Origin: Nitrosopumilus sp.
Lineage (GTDB): Archaea > Thermoproteota > Nitrososphaeria > Nitrososphaerales > Nitrosopumilaceae
Assembly (NCBI GenBank): GCA_029941825.1
Contig: JAPYTM010000002.1
Coordinates: 1-34,330, forward strand
DNA length: 34,330 nt
Reading direction: 5' to 3'
The stretch's first letter is position 1; each line of letters starts with the position of its first letter. Positions 1 to 8,247 of this stretch are shown one piece after another. A model generated the notes under the pieces. That model was given only the letters and a program-made list of their open reading frames with translations. It had not been told where the DNA came from and searched no databases. The position numbers and the translations under genes were made by a program.

Positions 1-2
1 CT

Positions 3-1187
3 CTTGTATTTGCATTAGGGGCAGCAGGAATTCTTGCAGACCAATTCTTTGAAGTTATTGCTTGGGTTGGTGCAATTACTGCATTACTATTAGCAACACA
101 AGCAATGGTTAATCCTGAAATTAAAAAAGTTCTTGCATATTCTACTGGTTCTCAAATAGGTTACATGATGATGGCATTAGGTGTTGCAGGACTATCTTAT
201 CAATATGTTGATGGATACACTGCTGGATTTTTCCATCTGATCTCCCATGCAATGTTTAAAGCTTCATTATTCATGGCAGCTGGTGCTATACTGCATACTG
301 TTGGCTCTCGATTTATGACTGATATGGGTGGTCTGAGAAAAAAGATGAAGAAAACTTATGCATTCATGTGGGCTGCAGGTCTTGGTTTAATGGGTGCACC
401 ATTTATCACAACAGGTTTCTGGAGTAAGGATGCAATCTTTGCTGCTGTTTATGAATCTGGAAATGAATGGGCATTACCGCTATACTTAATCGCTGTAATA
501 ACTGCAGTTATCACTGCTTTCTATACTATGAGAATGATGGGATTAGTCTTCTTTGGAAATAAGAGTAAACACATTGAAAAAATGGAAGAAGACGGACATC
601 ATATTCATGAAGCATCGATATCTATGTGGATTCCATATGGAATTCTTGCAGTTCTTACTATTGGAGTTGGACTTGTTGGATTATCTGCCGAAGAAGGACT
701 CCATCACACGTTTGTAGATTATCTTGAAAATTCTTATGGAATTCACACTGCACATCTTGAAGCAGAACCCTCAATTTTGCCTGAATTCTTACAAGGACTT
801 AATCCTGTTGCACTTGGGTCGTCCTTAGCAGCGTTTGCTATAGGTGCAGGATTAGGATACATCTTCTATATTGGCAGATGGGTTGATCCTGCAAAAGTTG
901 TAAACTCTAACATTCTCTTTTACTCAATTCATAAACTTCTCTTAAACAGATGGTACCTTAATGCTATGGTGTATTGGTGCTTTGTTGTAGCACCATTGTG
1001 GTTGGCAAGAGGTGTATACCGATACTTTGAAAAGACAGCTATCGATTATGGGATGAACGATGGAATGCAGAAAGCAGTTGGATGGAGTGCCAAAGTCATA
1101 CAAGGAACTCAAACTGGTGTTTCACAATCATATCTATTCGTATTTGGAGCAGGACTATTATTCGTAGTTTTGATATTGTTGATATAG
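3..1187 (+). CDS. nuoL: NADH-quinone oxidoreductase (complex I) subunit L, 5'-truncated by window edge
   Basis: Frame is open from base 3 (LVFALGAAG...) through the ORF called at 105; motifs IKKVLAYSTGSQIGYM, FFHLISHAMFKASLFM, GFWSKDAI. Confidence 0.95.
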   Translation, partial: LVFALGAAGILADQFFEVIAWVGAITALLLATQAMVNPEIKKVLAYSTGSQIGYMMMALGVAGLSYQYVDGYTAGFFHLISHAMFKASLFMAAGAILHTVGSRFMTDMGGLRKKMKKTYAFMWAAGLGLMGAPFITTGFWSKDAIFAAVYESGNEWALPLYLIAVITAVITAFYTMRMMGLVFFGNKSKHIEKMEEDGHHIHEASISMWIPYGILAVLTIGVGLVGLSAEEGLHHTFVDYLENSYGIHTAHLEAEPSILPEFLQGLNPVALGSSLAAFAIGAGLGYIFYIGRWVDPAKVVNSNILFYSIHKLLLNRWYLNAMVYWCFVVAPLWLARGVYRYFEKTAIDYGMNDGMQKAVGWSAKVIQGTQTGVSQSYLFVFGAGLLFVVLILLI

Positions 1188-1197
1188 GTGATATGAA

Positions 1198-2682
1198 ATG
1201 TTAGAAATTACTTCCACTCCATTGGTAATAATGGCAATTTTGGGGACTGTTGGTATCCTTCTTCCAATTATTAGTATTGCAAGAAAAGAAAAAGGTTCTA
1301 ATTCATTTTATGCTGTAATTGCATTTGCAGCATTAATTGTATCTGTGGGTTATGTTGGATATCAATTCATTAATGATAATGTATCTGCATCTGCACTTTT
1401 CTCTGAAGATGTAATAGTCAATGATGCATTTGGTGGATTCTTTGCAATAGCAATGTTAATTGTTGCTTTGTTCACTACTGTTGGCTCTTTTAATTATATG
1501 AGAAAACATAATTCTCCAGCTGTTTACTATTCTCTAATTTTACTTGCTACAATTGGTATGGTGTTAGTGGCATATTCTACTGACTTGGTAATGCTATTTG
1601 TTGCATGGGAATTAATGAGTATTCCAACATACATTTTAGTCGGATTTATGAAAAAGAATCCAAGCTCAAATGAGGCAGCTTTAAAGTATTTCTTGTTTGG
1701 TGCATTATCCTCTGCAATCATAGTTTATGGAATTTCAATTGCATACGGATTAACTGGTTCTACAAATATTGGAGAAGTCATTCAAGGTTATGCTACACTT
1801 GATCCTTCTATGTTGCCACTTGCTTTACTTTCAGTTGGAATGTTTATTGCAGGATTTGGATTCAAGATGGGACTTGTACCTTTCCATCAATGGCTTCCAG
1901 ATACTTATGAAGGTGCACCAGCGCCAATTACCGCTCTTCTTGCTGCAGCAACAAAAAAGGCAGGATTTGCTGCAACAATAAGGGTTATTGTTCTTGGAAT
2001 GGTTGTACTTAATCTTGATTGGACATTAGCTCTTGGTATTCTTGCTGTAATGACGATGACTATTGGTAACATTGCTGCAATCATGCAAAAGAACCTCACT
2101 AGAATGTTAGCATATTCTAGTATAGCACATGCTGGATACATTTTGATTGGACTTGCAGTTGCACCACATACTTCTCTTGGTTTACAAGGTTCTCTATATC
2201 ATATAATGAATCATGCTGTAATGAAAGGTGCAGCCTTTATTGCAATTGCAGGAATTGTTACAACTCTTGCAGTAACTAATTTAGATAAATTACAAGGACT
2301 TGGAAGACGAATGCCCATTACTGCTTTAGGTTTAGTTATAGCATTATTTGCATTAGCTGGTGTTCCTCCACTTTCAGGTTTCTGGAGTAAGATAATGTTA
2401 TTTGGTAGTGCATTAGATGCAGGTTCTGTAGTATGGTGGGCACCATGGCTTGCAATTGCTGGTGTTCTTAACAGTGCGTTATCTCTTGCTTACTATGGTT
2501 GGATTACTAGAAAGATGTACTTTGAAGGTGAAACAGAAAAGAGAGTCAAAGAACCAAAATCAATTATTGCTGTAATGATATTCTCTATAGTCTTCTTAAT
2601 CGGATTTGGTGTATATCCAGAACCCTTAATTCAATTTGTAGAGTTTGCAACACCGACAATTAGTTCAAGTCTTATGCCTTAA
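1198..2682 (+). CDS. nuoN: NADH-quinone oxidoreductase subunit N
   Basis: SNEAALKYF, GFGFKMGLVPFHQWLPDTYEGAP, RMLAYSSIAHAGY, LAGVPPLSGFWSK; GGTGA SD-like motif upstream. Confidence 0.95.
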   Translation: MLEITSTPLVIMAILGTVGILLPIISIARKEKGSNSFYAVIAFAALIVSVGYVGYQFINDNVSASALFSEDVIVNDAFGGFFAIAMLIVALFTTVGSFNYMRKHNSPAVYYSLILLATIGMVLVAYSTDLVMLFVAWELMSIPTYILVGFMKKNPSSNEAALKYFLFGALSSAIIVYGISIAYGLTGSTNIGEVIQGYATLDPSMLPLALLSVGMFIAGFGFKMGLVPFHQWLPDTYEGAPAPITALLAAATKKAGFAATIRVIVLGMVVLNLDWTLALGILAVMTMTIGNIAAIMQKNLTRMLAYSSIAHAGYILIGLAVAPHTSLGLQGSLYHIMNHAVMKGAAFIAIAGIVTTLAVTNLDKLQGLGRRMPITALGLVIALFALAGVPPLSGFWSKIMLFGSALDAGSVVWWAPWLAIAGVLNSALSLAYYGWITRKMYFEGETEKRVKEPKSIIAVMIFSIVFLIGFGVYPEPLIQFVEFATPTISSSLMP

Positions 2683-3523
2683 ATGAAGTAAATTTAATTA
2701 AATTTTCAAGATTTATCTTTGCATTACCATCTGGAATTTTTCTTAAACTAGATCTAGCTTTTTCTGAATATTCTTTCAACATATCTTCCATTTTGTTAAA
2801 AATATCTCTTGGATCTGAACTTTTCTTCATCAGTAAATTAAACAATTTATCTTCATTTTTCCAATCTAACAAATCATCTCTAATTTGATATGCAATTCCA
2901 AGATTCTTTCCATATCCTGTTAATGCTTCAATTTGCTCTTCTGTTCCATTTGCAATAATTCCGCCTGTTCTAGCTGCAACTTCAAATGCAGTTGCAGTTT
3001 TGTATTCTATTACTTTTAGATAATCATCAAATGTAATATCTCCACTAGCTTCTAATCTTCCTTCAATCATTTCCCCTTCACTCATTAACATTGCAGTTGT
3101 CGCCAAATCCTTTGTAATTCTGGCATTATCCAATCTTGATGATATTGCAAGAATTAATCCTAAAACAAAATCCCCTGTTAGGACACTAGTGTTGTATCCA
3201 TATTTGACATGAAATGGCTCTTTTTGTCTTCTCATAGTTTCATTATCTATGATATCATCATGAATTATTGATTCCATGTGTAAAAATTCAACTGCACATG
3301 ATGCAGATAATGTATTTTCATCTATTTTACCAATACTTTCTGCAGATAAATTCAAAATAATTGGTCTAATTCTTTTTCCGCCTTCTAGTGAATATTTTAA
3401 TGGTTCAATGAATTCTGATTCTGAATATAATGCAAGTTCTTTATCTAATGCTTGGTCAATTTTTTTAATATATTCCCCATATGTTTCAAGTAGGGGATTG
3501 ATCTCGATATTTTTTCTGTCCAA
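2672..3523 (-). CDS. Trans-polyprenyl diphosphate synthase (short variant)
   Basis: GGKRIRP, FARM IHDDIIDNETMRR, KTA, SARM YQIRDDLLD; TTG start. Confidence 0.9.
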   Translation of the reverse strand: MDRKNIEINPLLETYGEYIKKIDQALDKELALYSESEFIEPLKYSLEGGKRIRPIILNLSAESIGKIDENTLSASCAVEFLHMESIIHDDIIDNETMRRQKEPFHVKYGYNTSVLTGDFVLGLILAISSRLDNARITKDLATTAMLMSEGEMIEGRLEASGDITFDDYLKVIEYKTATAFEVAARTGGIIANGTEEQIEALTGYGKNLGIAYQIRDDLLDWKNEDKLFNLLMKKSSDPRDIFNKMEDMLKEYSEKARSSLRKIPDGNAKINLENLIKFTSFKA

Positions 3524-3563
3524 GATAATTGATCAAAAAACTTTGTTATTAGTAATTAAATCT

Positions 3564-3642
3564 TGGTGCTCCAGCCGGGATTTGAACCCGGGATCTCTGC
3601 CTTGAAAGGGCAGAATGCTTGACCGGTCTACACCACTGGAAC
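3564..3642 (-). tRNA. tRNA-Glu(UUC), CCA encoded
   Basis: Reverse complement folds: acceptor GTTCCAG/CTGGAGC, anticodon arm CTGCC-CTTTCAA-GGCAG, T-arm CCGGG-TTCAAAT-CCCGG, ends ACCA. Confidence 0.96.
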
Positions 3643-3721
3643 CCATAAAAATTTCTCTTTTAGATCATAAAATCTTTTGTACACAACAAAGATTTTTGTA
3701 TTGGGCAATTAGATATGAATT

Positions 3722-4354
3722 ATGAACCTGATTCAAAGAATTGATGAAATAATTGAAGCAAGAAGTTTACTAAAACATCCATTTTACCAAATGTGGTCTG
3801 ATGGCAAATTAACTCAGGAATCTTTAGCAGGATATTCAAAGGAATATTTTCAACTTGTAAAAGCAGTTCCTGAATTTATGGCCCCTATTATTGAAAATGC
3901 ACCTAATTCTGTAATTACTGAATTAACTGAAAACCAACAAGAAGAATCCGATCATATCCAACCATGGATTAACTTTGCTGGCGAACTTGGTATTTCTGAA
4001 GATGAATTAATCTCATATTCTGGATTAGATAAAACTAAAAAGGCAATATCTGATTTGGCTGAATTAATGAATACTTTTGATGGTGGTGCATGTGCAATGT
4101 ATGCATTTGAAAAAGAAATTCCAAAAATCAGTCAAACTAAACTTGATGGATTATCTGAATTTTATCAAATAACAAGTGATGACGCAACTGAATACTTTAA
4201 ACTCCATACTGAGGCTGATATTAGACATACAGCATCTTGGAGAAATATTTTAGAGAAATCAAATGCTGATACAAGTAATCTAATTGAAATTGCTGAAAAA
4301 TCTGTTTCAGCACAAAATTTGTTACTTGATAGTTGTTATGACAAATACTGTTAA
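3722..4354 (+). CDS. CADD/PqqC/TenA heme-oxygenase-like dimetal protein (CADD-like, candidate pABA synthase)
   Basis: LLKHPFYQMWSDGKL, YSKEY, EESDH, YAFExxIPKISQTK, YFKLHTEADIRH resemble Chlamydia CADD motifs. Confidence 0.8.
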   Translation: MNLIQRIDEIIEARSLLKHPFYQMWSDGKLTQESLAGYSKEYFQLVKAVPEFMAPIIENAPNSVITELTENQQEESDHIQPWINFAGELGISEDELISYSGLDKTKKAISDLAELMNTFDGGACAMYAFEKEIPKISQTKLDGLSEFYQITSDDATEYFKLHTEADIRHTASWRNILEKSNADTSNLIEIAEKSVSAQNLLLDSCYDKYC

Positions 4355-4365
4355 TCTCATAACAT

Positions 4366-4371
4366 TTTATA
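4366..4371 (+). promoter_or_regulatory. TATA box of the tRNA(CAU) gene
   Basis: TTTATA 25-30 nt upstream of the tRNA 5' end at 4396. Confidence 0.5.
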
Positions 4372-4395
4372 CCTCAAAAAAAATTCATCACTTTA

Positions 4396-4469
4396 GGGCC
4401 CGTAACTCAGCTTGGTAGAGTAACCGGCTCATAACCGGTGAGCCAAGGGATCAAAGCCCTTCGGGCCCA
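4396..4469 (+). tRNA. tRNA with CAU anticodon, probably tRNA-Ile2 (agmatidine-modified) rather than Met
   Basis: Acceptor GGGCCCG/CGGGCCC+A, anticodon arm ACCGG-CTCATAA-CCGGT; G1-C72 and no triple G-C anticodon stem exclude an initiator; GGGCCCG acceptor is typical of archaeal Ile tRNAs. Confidence 0.9.
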
Positions 4470-4512
4470 TTTTCTTTCCATTAGTTTTAAAATGAGCAAA
4501 TTCAAAATCTAT

Positions 4513-4577
4513 TGGCTGCAATGAAGAATCAGAGTTATATCTGAATGATGATTGGAAGGCATTTGTCTGAGCTGCCA
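4513..4577 (+). ncRNA. Box C/D methylation-guide sRNA (dual guide, predicted 23S rRNA H69/H71 targets)
   Basis: Terminal stem TGGCTGC/GCTGCCA; C box ATGAAGA 4521-4527; D' CTGA 4541-4544; C' ATGATGA 4545-4551; D CTGA 4567-4570; guides of 13 and 15 nt; TTTAAAA TATA-like at 4486-4492. Confidence 0.85.
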
Positions 4578-4581
4578 GAAT

Positions 4582-5187
4582 TCATTCACTGATTTGTTTT
4601 TTCACTTTTTCTAAAATATTTCCATTTACAATTTTTTGTTCGTACAATGATTCTGTAATTTGTAAAATATTTAGAATTGAATGCATCTTTACACCTAATT
4701 CCGATAATGCCTTATCTGCCCCTTCCATTCTGTTAACAATTACGTATGCATCTTTCACTATGACCTTAACTTCATTTAGAGATTTTATTGCATTTACAAC
4801 TGAACCTCCAGTGGTTGCTACATCATCAATCATGATTACTTTCATTCCTTCATGAATTTTTCCTTCAACTGATTTTGAAGTACCGTAATCTTTTGGTTTG
4901 CTTCTTACGTAGATTAATGGTTTTACAGTTTCAATAGCTAGTGCTGACGCAATAATTAAACCCCCTGTCGGTACTGACACAATTGAGTCAAATTTATCTA
5001 ATCCTATGTTTTGCGTAATATCATTTTCTAGATATTTTACCATTTTTCGAAATTCTTGAGGATAACTTGGAACTAGTCTTAAATCTACATAGTATGAACT
5101 CTTTTTTCCACTGGCCAGTGTAAATTCTCCAAATTTTATAATTTCATTTTGATGCAAAAATGTTGCAAATTCTTTTACAAATTCCAT
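4582..5187 (-). CDS. pyrE: Orotate phosphoribosyltransferase
   Basis: FTLASGKKSSYYVDLR, RSKPKDYGT, PRPP motif MIDDVATTGGS. Confidence 0.95.
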   Translation of the reverse strand: MEFVKEFATFLHQNEIIKFGEFTLASGKKSSYYVDLRLVPSYPQEFRKMVKYLENDITQNIGLDKFDSIVSVPTGGLIIASALAIETVKPLIYVRSKPKDYGTSKSVEGKIHEGMKVIMIDDVATTGGSVVNAIKSLNEVKVIVKDAYVIVNRMEGADKALSELGVKMHSILNILQITESLYEQKIVNGNILEKVKKQISE

Positions 5188-5237
5188 ACCAAAATTAACT
5201 ACACTGGATTTATTTTGGTTTGTATTGAGTATGAATT

Positions 5238-6320
5238 ATGCCTGAAATTTGGTTAAATTATGGAATCACAGACGTCGTTTTAGATATAAAGGCAGAAAAT
5301 TTAGAACAAAAAATTGATTCTGATGGAAAAATTTTGGAAGATTCAGAAATTACTGAAAAACTTAACAATATTGATTTATCCAAACCCATGGAACTTGTAG
5401 TTTTACACAATTCAAAATCTATTCAAAAAATTATTTCATTATTATTTGCTTTATGTGAGCAAAAATCAAAACCATTCCCAAAAATTTTGGCTGAGAAAAA
5501 AATCCTAAATTTAGTCAAAGCAGGATTACCTGAAGGAATATCAATTAATGAATTTGATGATGTTGAAATCTCAAATTCAAATCTTGTGTTTATGGGTGAA
5601 ATGGAATTTGATGGATTATTTGGATATAAAACAATTTCAACACGTCTCATCAAAAAATTTGGTTTAGAATCCATGCTTACAGCATATGCAAAAAGACAGG
5701 GAAATCTTCCAACACCTGGACAGTATACTGAAAGTTTTACAGAAGCAAAAAAATTCTCTGATAATTTTGAAATTCAAGGAATTGAAATTATTGCAAATTC
5801 TCAAGGCATACTTGATTTTTCTATAGGCCATCCCTCAGAAACTCTCTCTACAACAAAAATTTTAGAGTCAAATTCAATCAAAGATATAGGTCAACATAAA
5901 ACAATGATAATTAGTACTGGCAAAGATGCAAGTAATGATAACCTTGCAAATTCTTTTTCTTCACTTTGGAATTGCTCAAATGCAATTAAAAAAGATGGTC
6001 TGGCAATTTTAGTAGCTGAATGCAAGGGTGGTTTAGGCTCAGATTCACTTCAACAATTCATTGAAGATAGATTAACTTTGGAACAATTACGAAATCCTAC
6101 TAAATACATTAACGGAATGGAAGATTTATTATTTCTATCAGAAATACAAAAGAATTTTCAAATTGCTTTAGTTTCAATTCTTCCAGAGTTTTATGTAAAA
6201 AAACTCAACCTAATTTCTTTACCTGGTATGAAATATTCTATGGATTATATTTTAAAAACACAAAGCGTAAAGCAAAAAGTTGCAGTAGTTGCAGATGGTG
6301 CTAGACTTTTATTAAGATAA
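5238..6320 (+). CDS. Degenerate lactate racemase (LarA)-like protein
   Basis: N-terminal WLNYG and C-terminal IKKDGLAILVAECKGGLG plus KVAVVADG match LarA-family architecture; catalytic motifs not recognisable. Confidence 0.55.
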   Translation: MPEIWLNYGITDVVLDIKAENLEQKIDSDGKILEDSEITEKLNNIDLSKPMELVVLHNSKSIQKIISLLFALCEQKSKPFPKILAEKKILNLVKAGLPEGISINEFDDVEISNSNLVFMGEMEFDGLFGYKTISTRLIKKFGLESMLTAYAKRQGNLPTPGQYTESFTEAKKFSDNFEIQGIEIIANSQGILDFSIGHPSETLSTTKILESNSIKDIGQHKTMIISTGKDASNDNLANSFSSLWNCSNAIKKDGLAILVAECKGGLGSDSLQQFIEDRLTLEQLRNPTKYINGMEDLLFLSEIQKNFQIALVSILPEFYVKKLNLISLPGMKYSMDYILKTQSVKQKVAVVADGARLLLR

Positions 6321-7418
6321 AAGATTAGACCAAAAACCTGATGGTAACGGTGCACACAAAACTGCTAATCCTACTATTACAATGTATGCAAGTTTTCTAT
6401 TTCTTGAAAGTGGTGATATGTCATCCAATGGAGTAGCTCCAGGATTTTTTAAACTCATAACAAGAATTAACAATGCCATTAACCAATAATTTAACAAAAC
6501 AAGAATTGCCATACTTCCAAAAGTTGCATATCTATGTAACTTTGCACCAAATAATGTTCTTGCCATATGTCCACCATCTAATTGCCATGCTGGAAGTAAA
6601 TTCAAAAATGTAATTAAAAATCCAATCCATGCTGCAAATAAAACTGGTGTCATGATAACTTCGTGTCCTTCTCCACCTTTGCCAAACATTGCTAAACTAG
6701 CATACATTAGCAATGGCTCTCCTTGATTCCATTCAATTAGCTTTGATTCAGCAAATAATCCTGCAGCAATTTCTTGATCTAGAATTGGCGCAGTATATGC
6801 TCCGTAAATTGAAACTATTATTGCTATCACTAATCCTGCGATAGGACCTGCGATGGCAACATCAAATAGAATTTCTCTGTTAATTGTCAATCCTTTTGAT
6901 TGAATAAATGCCCCAAATGTTGGAATTCCAATAACAGGTAATCCTGGAATAAAATATGGCCAGGTTGTTTTTAGTTTGTGTGATTTTGCCGCAATAATGT
7001 GCCCAAGTTCATGTATTCCTAAAATTCCTAATAATGACAGTGTGTATATTGCTGCCATCTCTAATGGGTTTCCAATATTCACAATTGAATTTGTTCCTGA
7101 TGTTCTGTAGTAACCATCAATCATTACAAATGAAATTACAATTGCAAACAAGATTCTAGGAGTCCATGCTGTATTGAGCCATTTTCTCTGTTTTTTTGGA
7201 GTAAATTTTTGAATAATTATGTATTTCCCATCTTCCATCTGTTCTAATTTACACGCATATCTCATATTCTCTAATTTTCTTGCTAATTTCTCAAATTTTA
7301 TTTTTAACTCAAAATCTTTAATTTGAAACTCTAATGAAAATTCTGTTTTTGTAAAATCATTTACCTCAAATATTGTATTGACCATAGATATGATGTCTTC
7401 TTGTGAGGCTTCATCCAT
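6312..7418 (-). CDS. Site-2 (M50) intramembrane zinc protease
   Basis: HELGH, GIPTFGAFI, VAIAGP, NLLPAWQLDGGH; multiple TM segments. Confidence 0.93.
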   Translation of the reverse strand: MDEASQEDIISMVNTIFEVNDFTKTEFSLEFQIKDFELKIKFEKLARKLENMRYACKLEQMEDGKYIIIQKFTPKKQRKWLNTAWTPRILFAIVISFVMIDGYYRTSGTNSIVNIGNPLEMAAIYTLSLLGILGIHELGHIIAAKSHKLKTTWPYFIPGLPVIGIPTFGAFIQSKGLTINREILFDVAIAGPIAGLVIAIIVSIYGAYTAPILDQEIAAGLFAESKLIEWNQGEPLLMYASLAMFGKGGEGHEVIMTPVLFAAWIGFLITFLNLLPAWQLDGGHMARTLFGAKLHRYATFGSMAILVLLNYWLMALLILVMSLKNPGATPLDDISPLSRNRKLAYIVIVGLAVLCAPLPSGFWSNLLS

Positions 7419-7492
7419 GTGGTTAAGACTATTTTCTCCATTAAATGGTCTTTTGGTTTAAAATTAAATATTGATACAAGTTCTCTATTTAC

Positions 7493-7990
7493 ATGCAAGT
7501 AATTCTTAGACAATTAGGGGATTGTAATATTAGAAGAGCAGAACCAAGCGATCTAATTTCTGTTATGGAAATTAATTTGAAAACTCTTCCTGAACATTAT
7601 TCTGATTATTTTTACGAAAGTTTGCTTGCAGAAATCCCTGAGGCATTTATCATTGCAGAAATTGGTGGAAAACATGTTGGTTATATTATGTGTAAAACTG
7701 AATTTGGTTTTTCAAATTTTAAAAAATTAGGATTTGTCAAAAAAGGCCATGTAGTTTCTATTGCAGTGCTTGATGAGCATCGAAAGAAAGGAATTGGACG
7801 AATACTTGTTGAAGAATCCGTTAAGGGTGTAAAATTACAAAAGTGTGATGAATTCTATTTGGAAGTTAGATGTAGTAATAATGAAGCAGTTAGATTATAT
7901 GAAAAATTTGGATTTGCAATTAGACAACAACTAAACGCATACTATCGAGATGGTGAAGATGCGTATCTTATGGCAATTGAATTAGATTAG
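7493..7990 (+). CDS. N-terminal protein acetyltransferase, Ard1/RimI family GNAT
   Basis: NLKTLPEHY, GHVVSIAVLDEHRKKGIG, LEVRCSNNEAVRLY, YYRDGEDAYLM. Confidence 0.92.
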   Translation: MQVILRQLGDCNIRRAEPSDLISVMEINLKTLPEHYSDYFYESLLAEIPEAFIIAEIGGKHVGYIMCKTEFGFSNFKKLGFVKKGHVVSIAVLDEHRKKGIGRILVEESVKGVKLQKCDEFYLEVRCSNNEAVRLYEKFGFAIRQQLNAYYRDGEDAYLMAIELD

Positions 7991-8027
7991 TTCAAACTAA
8001 TAAATAACTCACAAAAAATTTCTCGCC

Positions 8028-8246
8028 ATGGATAAACGTAAAGGAACTGGCATTACAATTTTCATTTTTTGTATTGGTGGTTTTTTCCTTTATGCATATC
8101 TGTTGATGCTATCTGAATGGAGTCCTATTGTATTACAATTATCCATATTGATGATTGCAGGGGGAATACTTGCAGTAATTGCATGGATTGGTTATGTTAT
8201 GGCAACAACAAAACCATCATCTGCAACAGTTACTTCTGATGATTAA
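8028..8246 (+). CDS. Small two-TM membrane protein
   Basis: 72 aa, two hydrophobic helices, WIGYVMATT motif, fills the gap between flanking genes. Confidence 0.75.
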   Translation: MDKRKGTGITIFIFCIGGFFLYAYLLMLSEWSPIVLQLSILMIAGGILAVIAWIGYVMATTKPSSATVTSDD

Positions 8247-8247
8247 T

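Noticed and set aside
3276-3605. 109-aa plus-strand ORF
   Set aside because: Antisense to the prenyl synthase and runs into tRNA-Glu
3564-4469. tRNA-flanked CADD-like gene as an integrated element
   Set aside because: No integrase, no duplicated tRNA 3' end (att site), and composition like the flanks
4396-4469. Initiator tRNA-Met call
   Set aside because: Lacks A1-U72 and the three consecutive G-C anticodon-stem pairs
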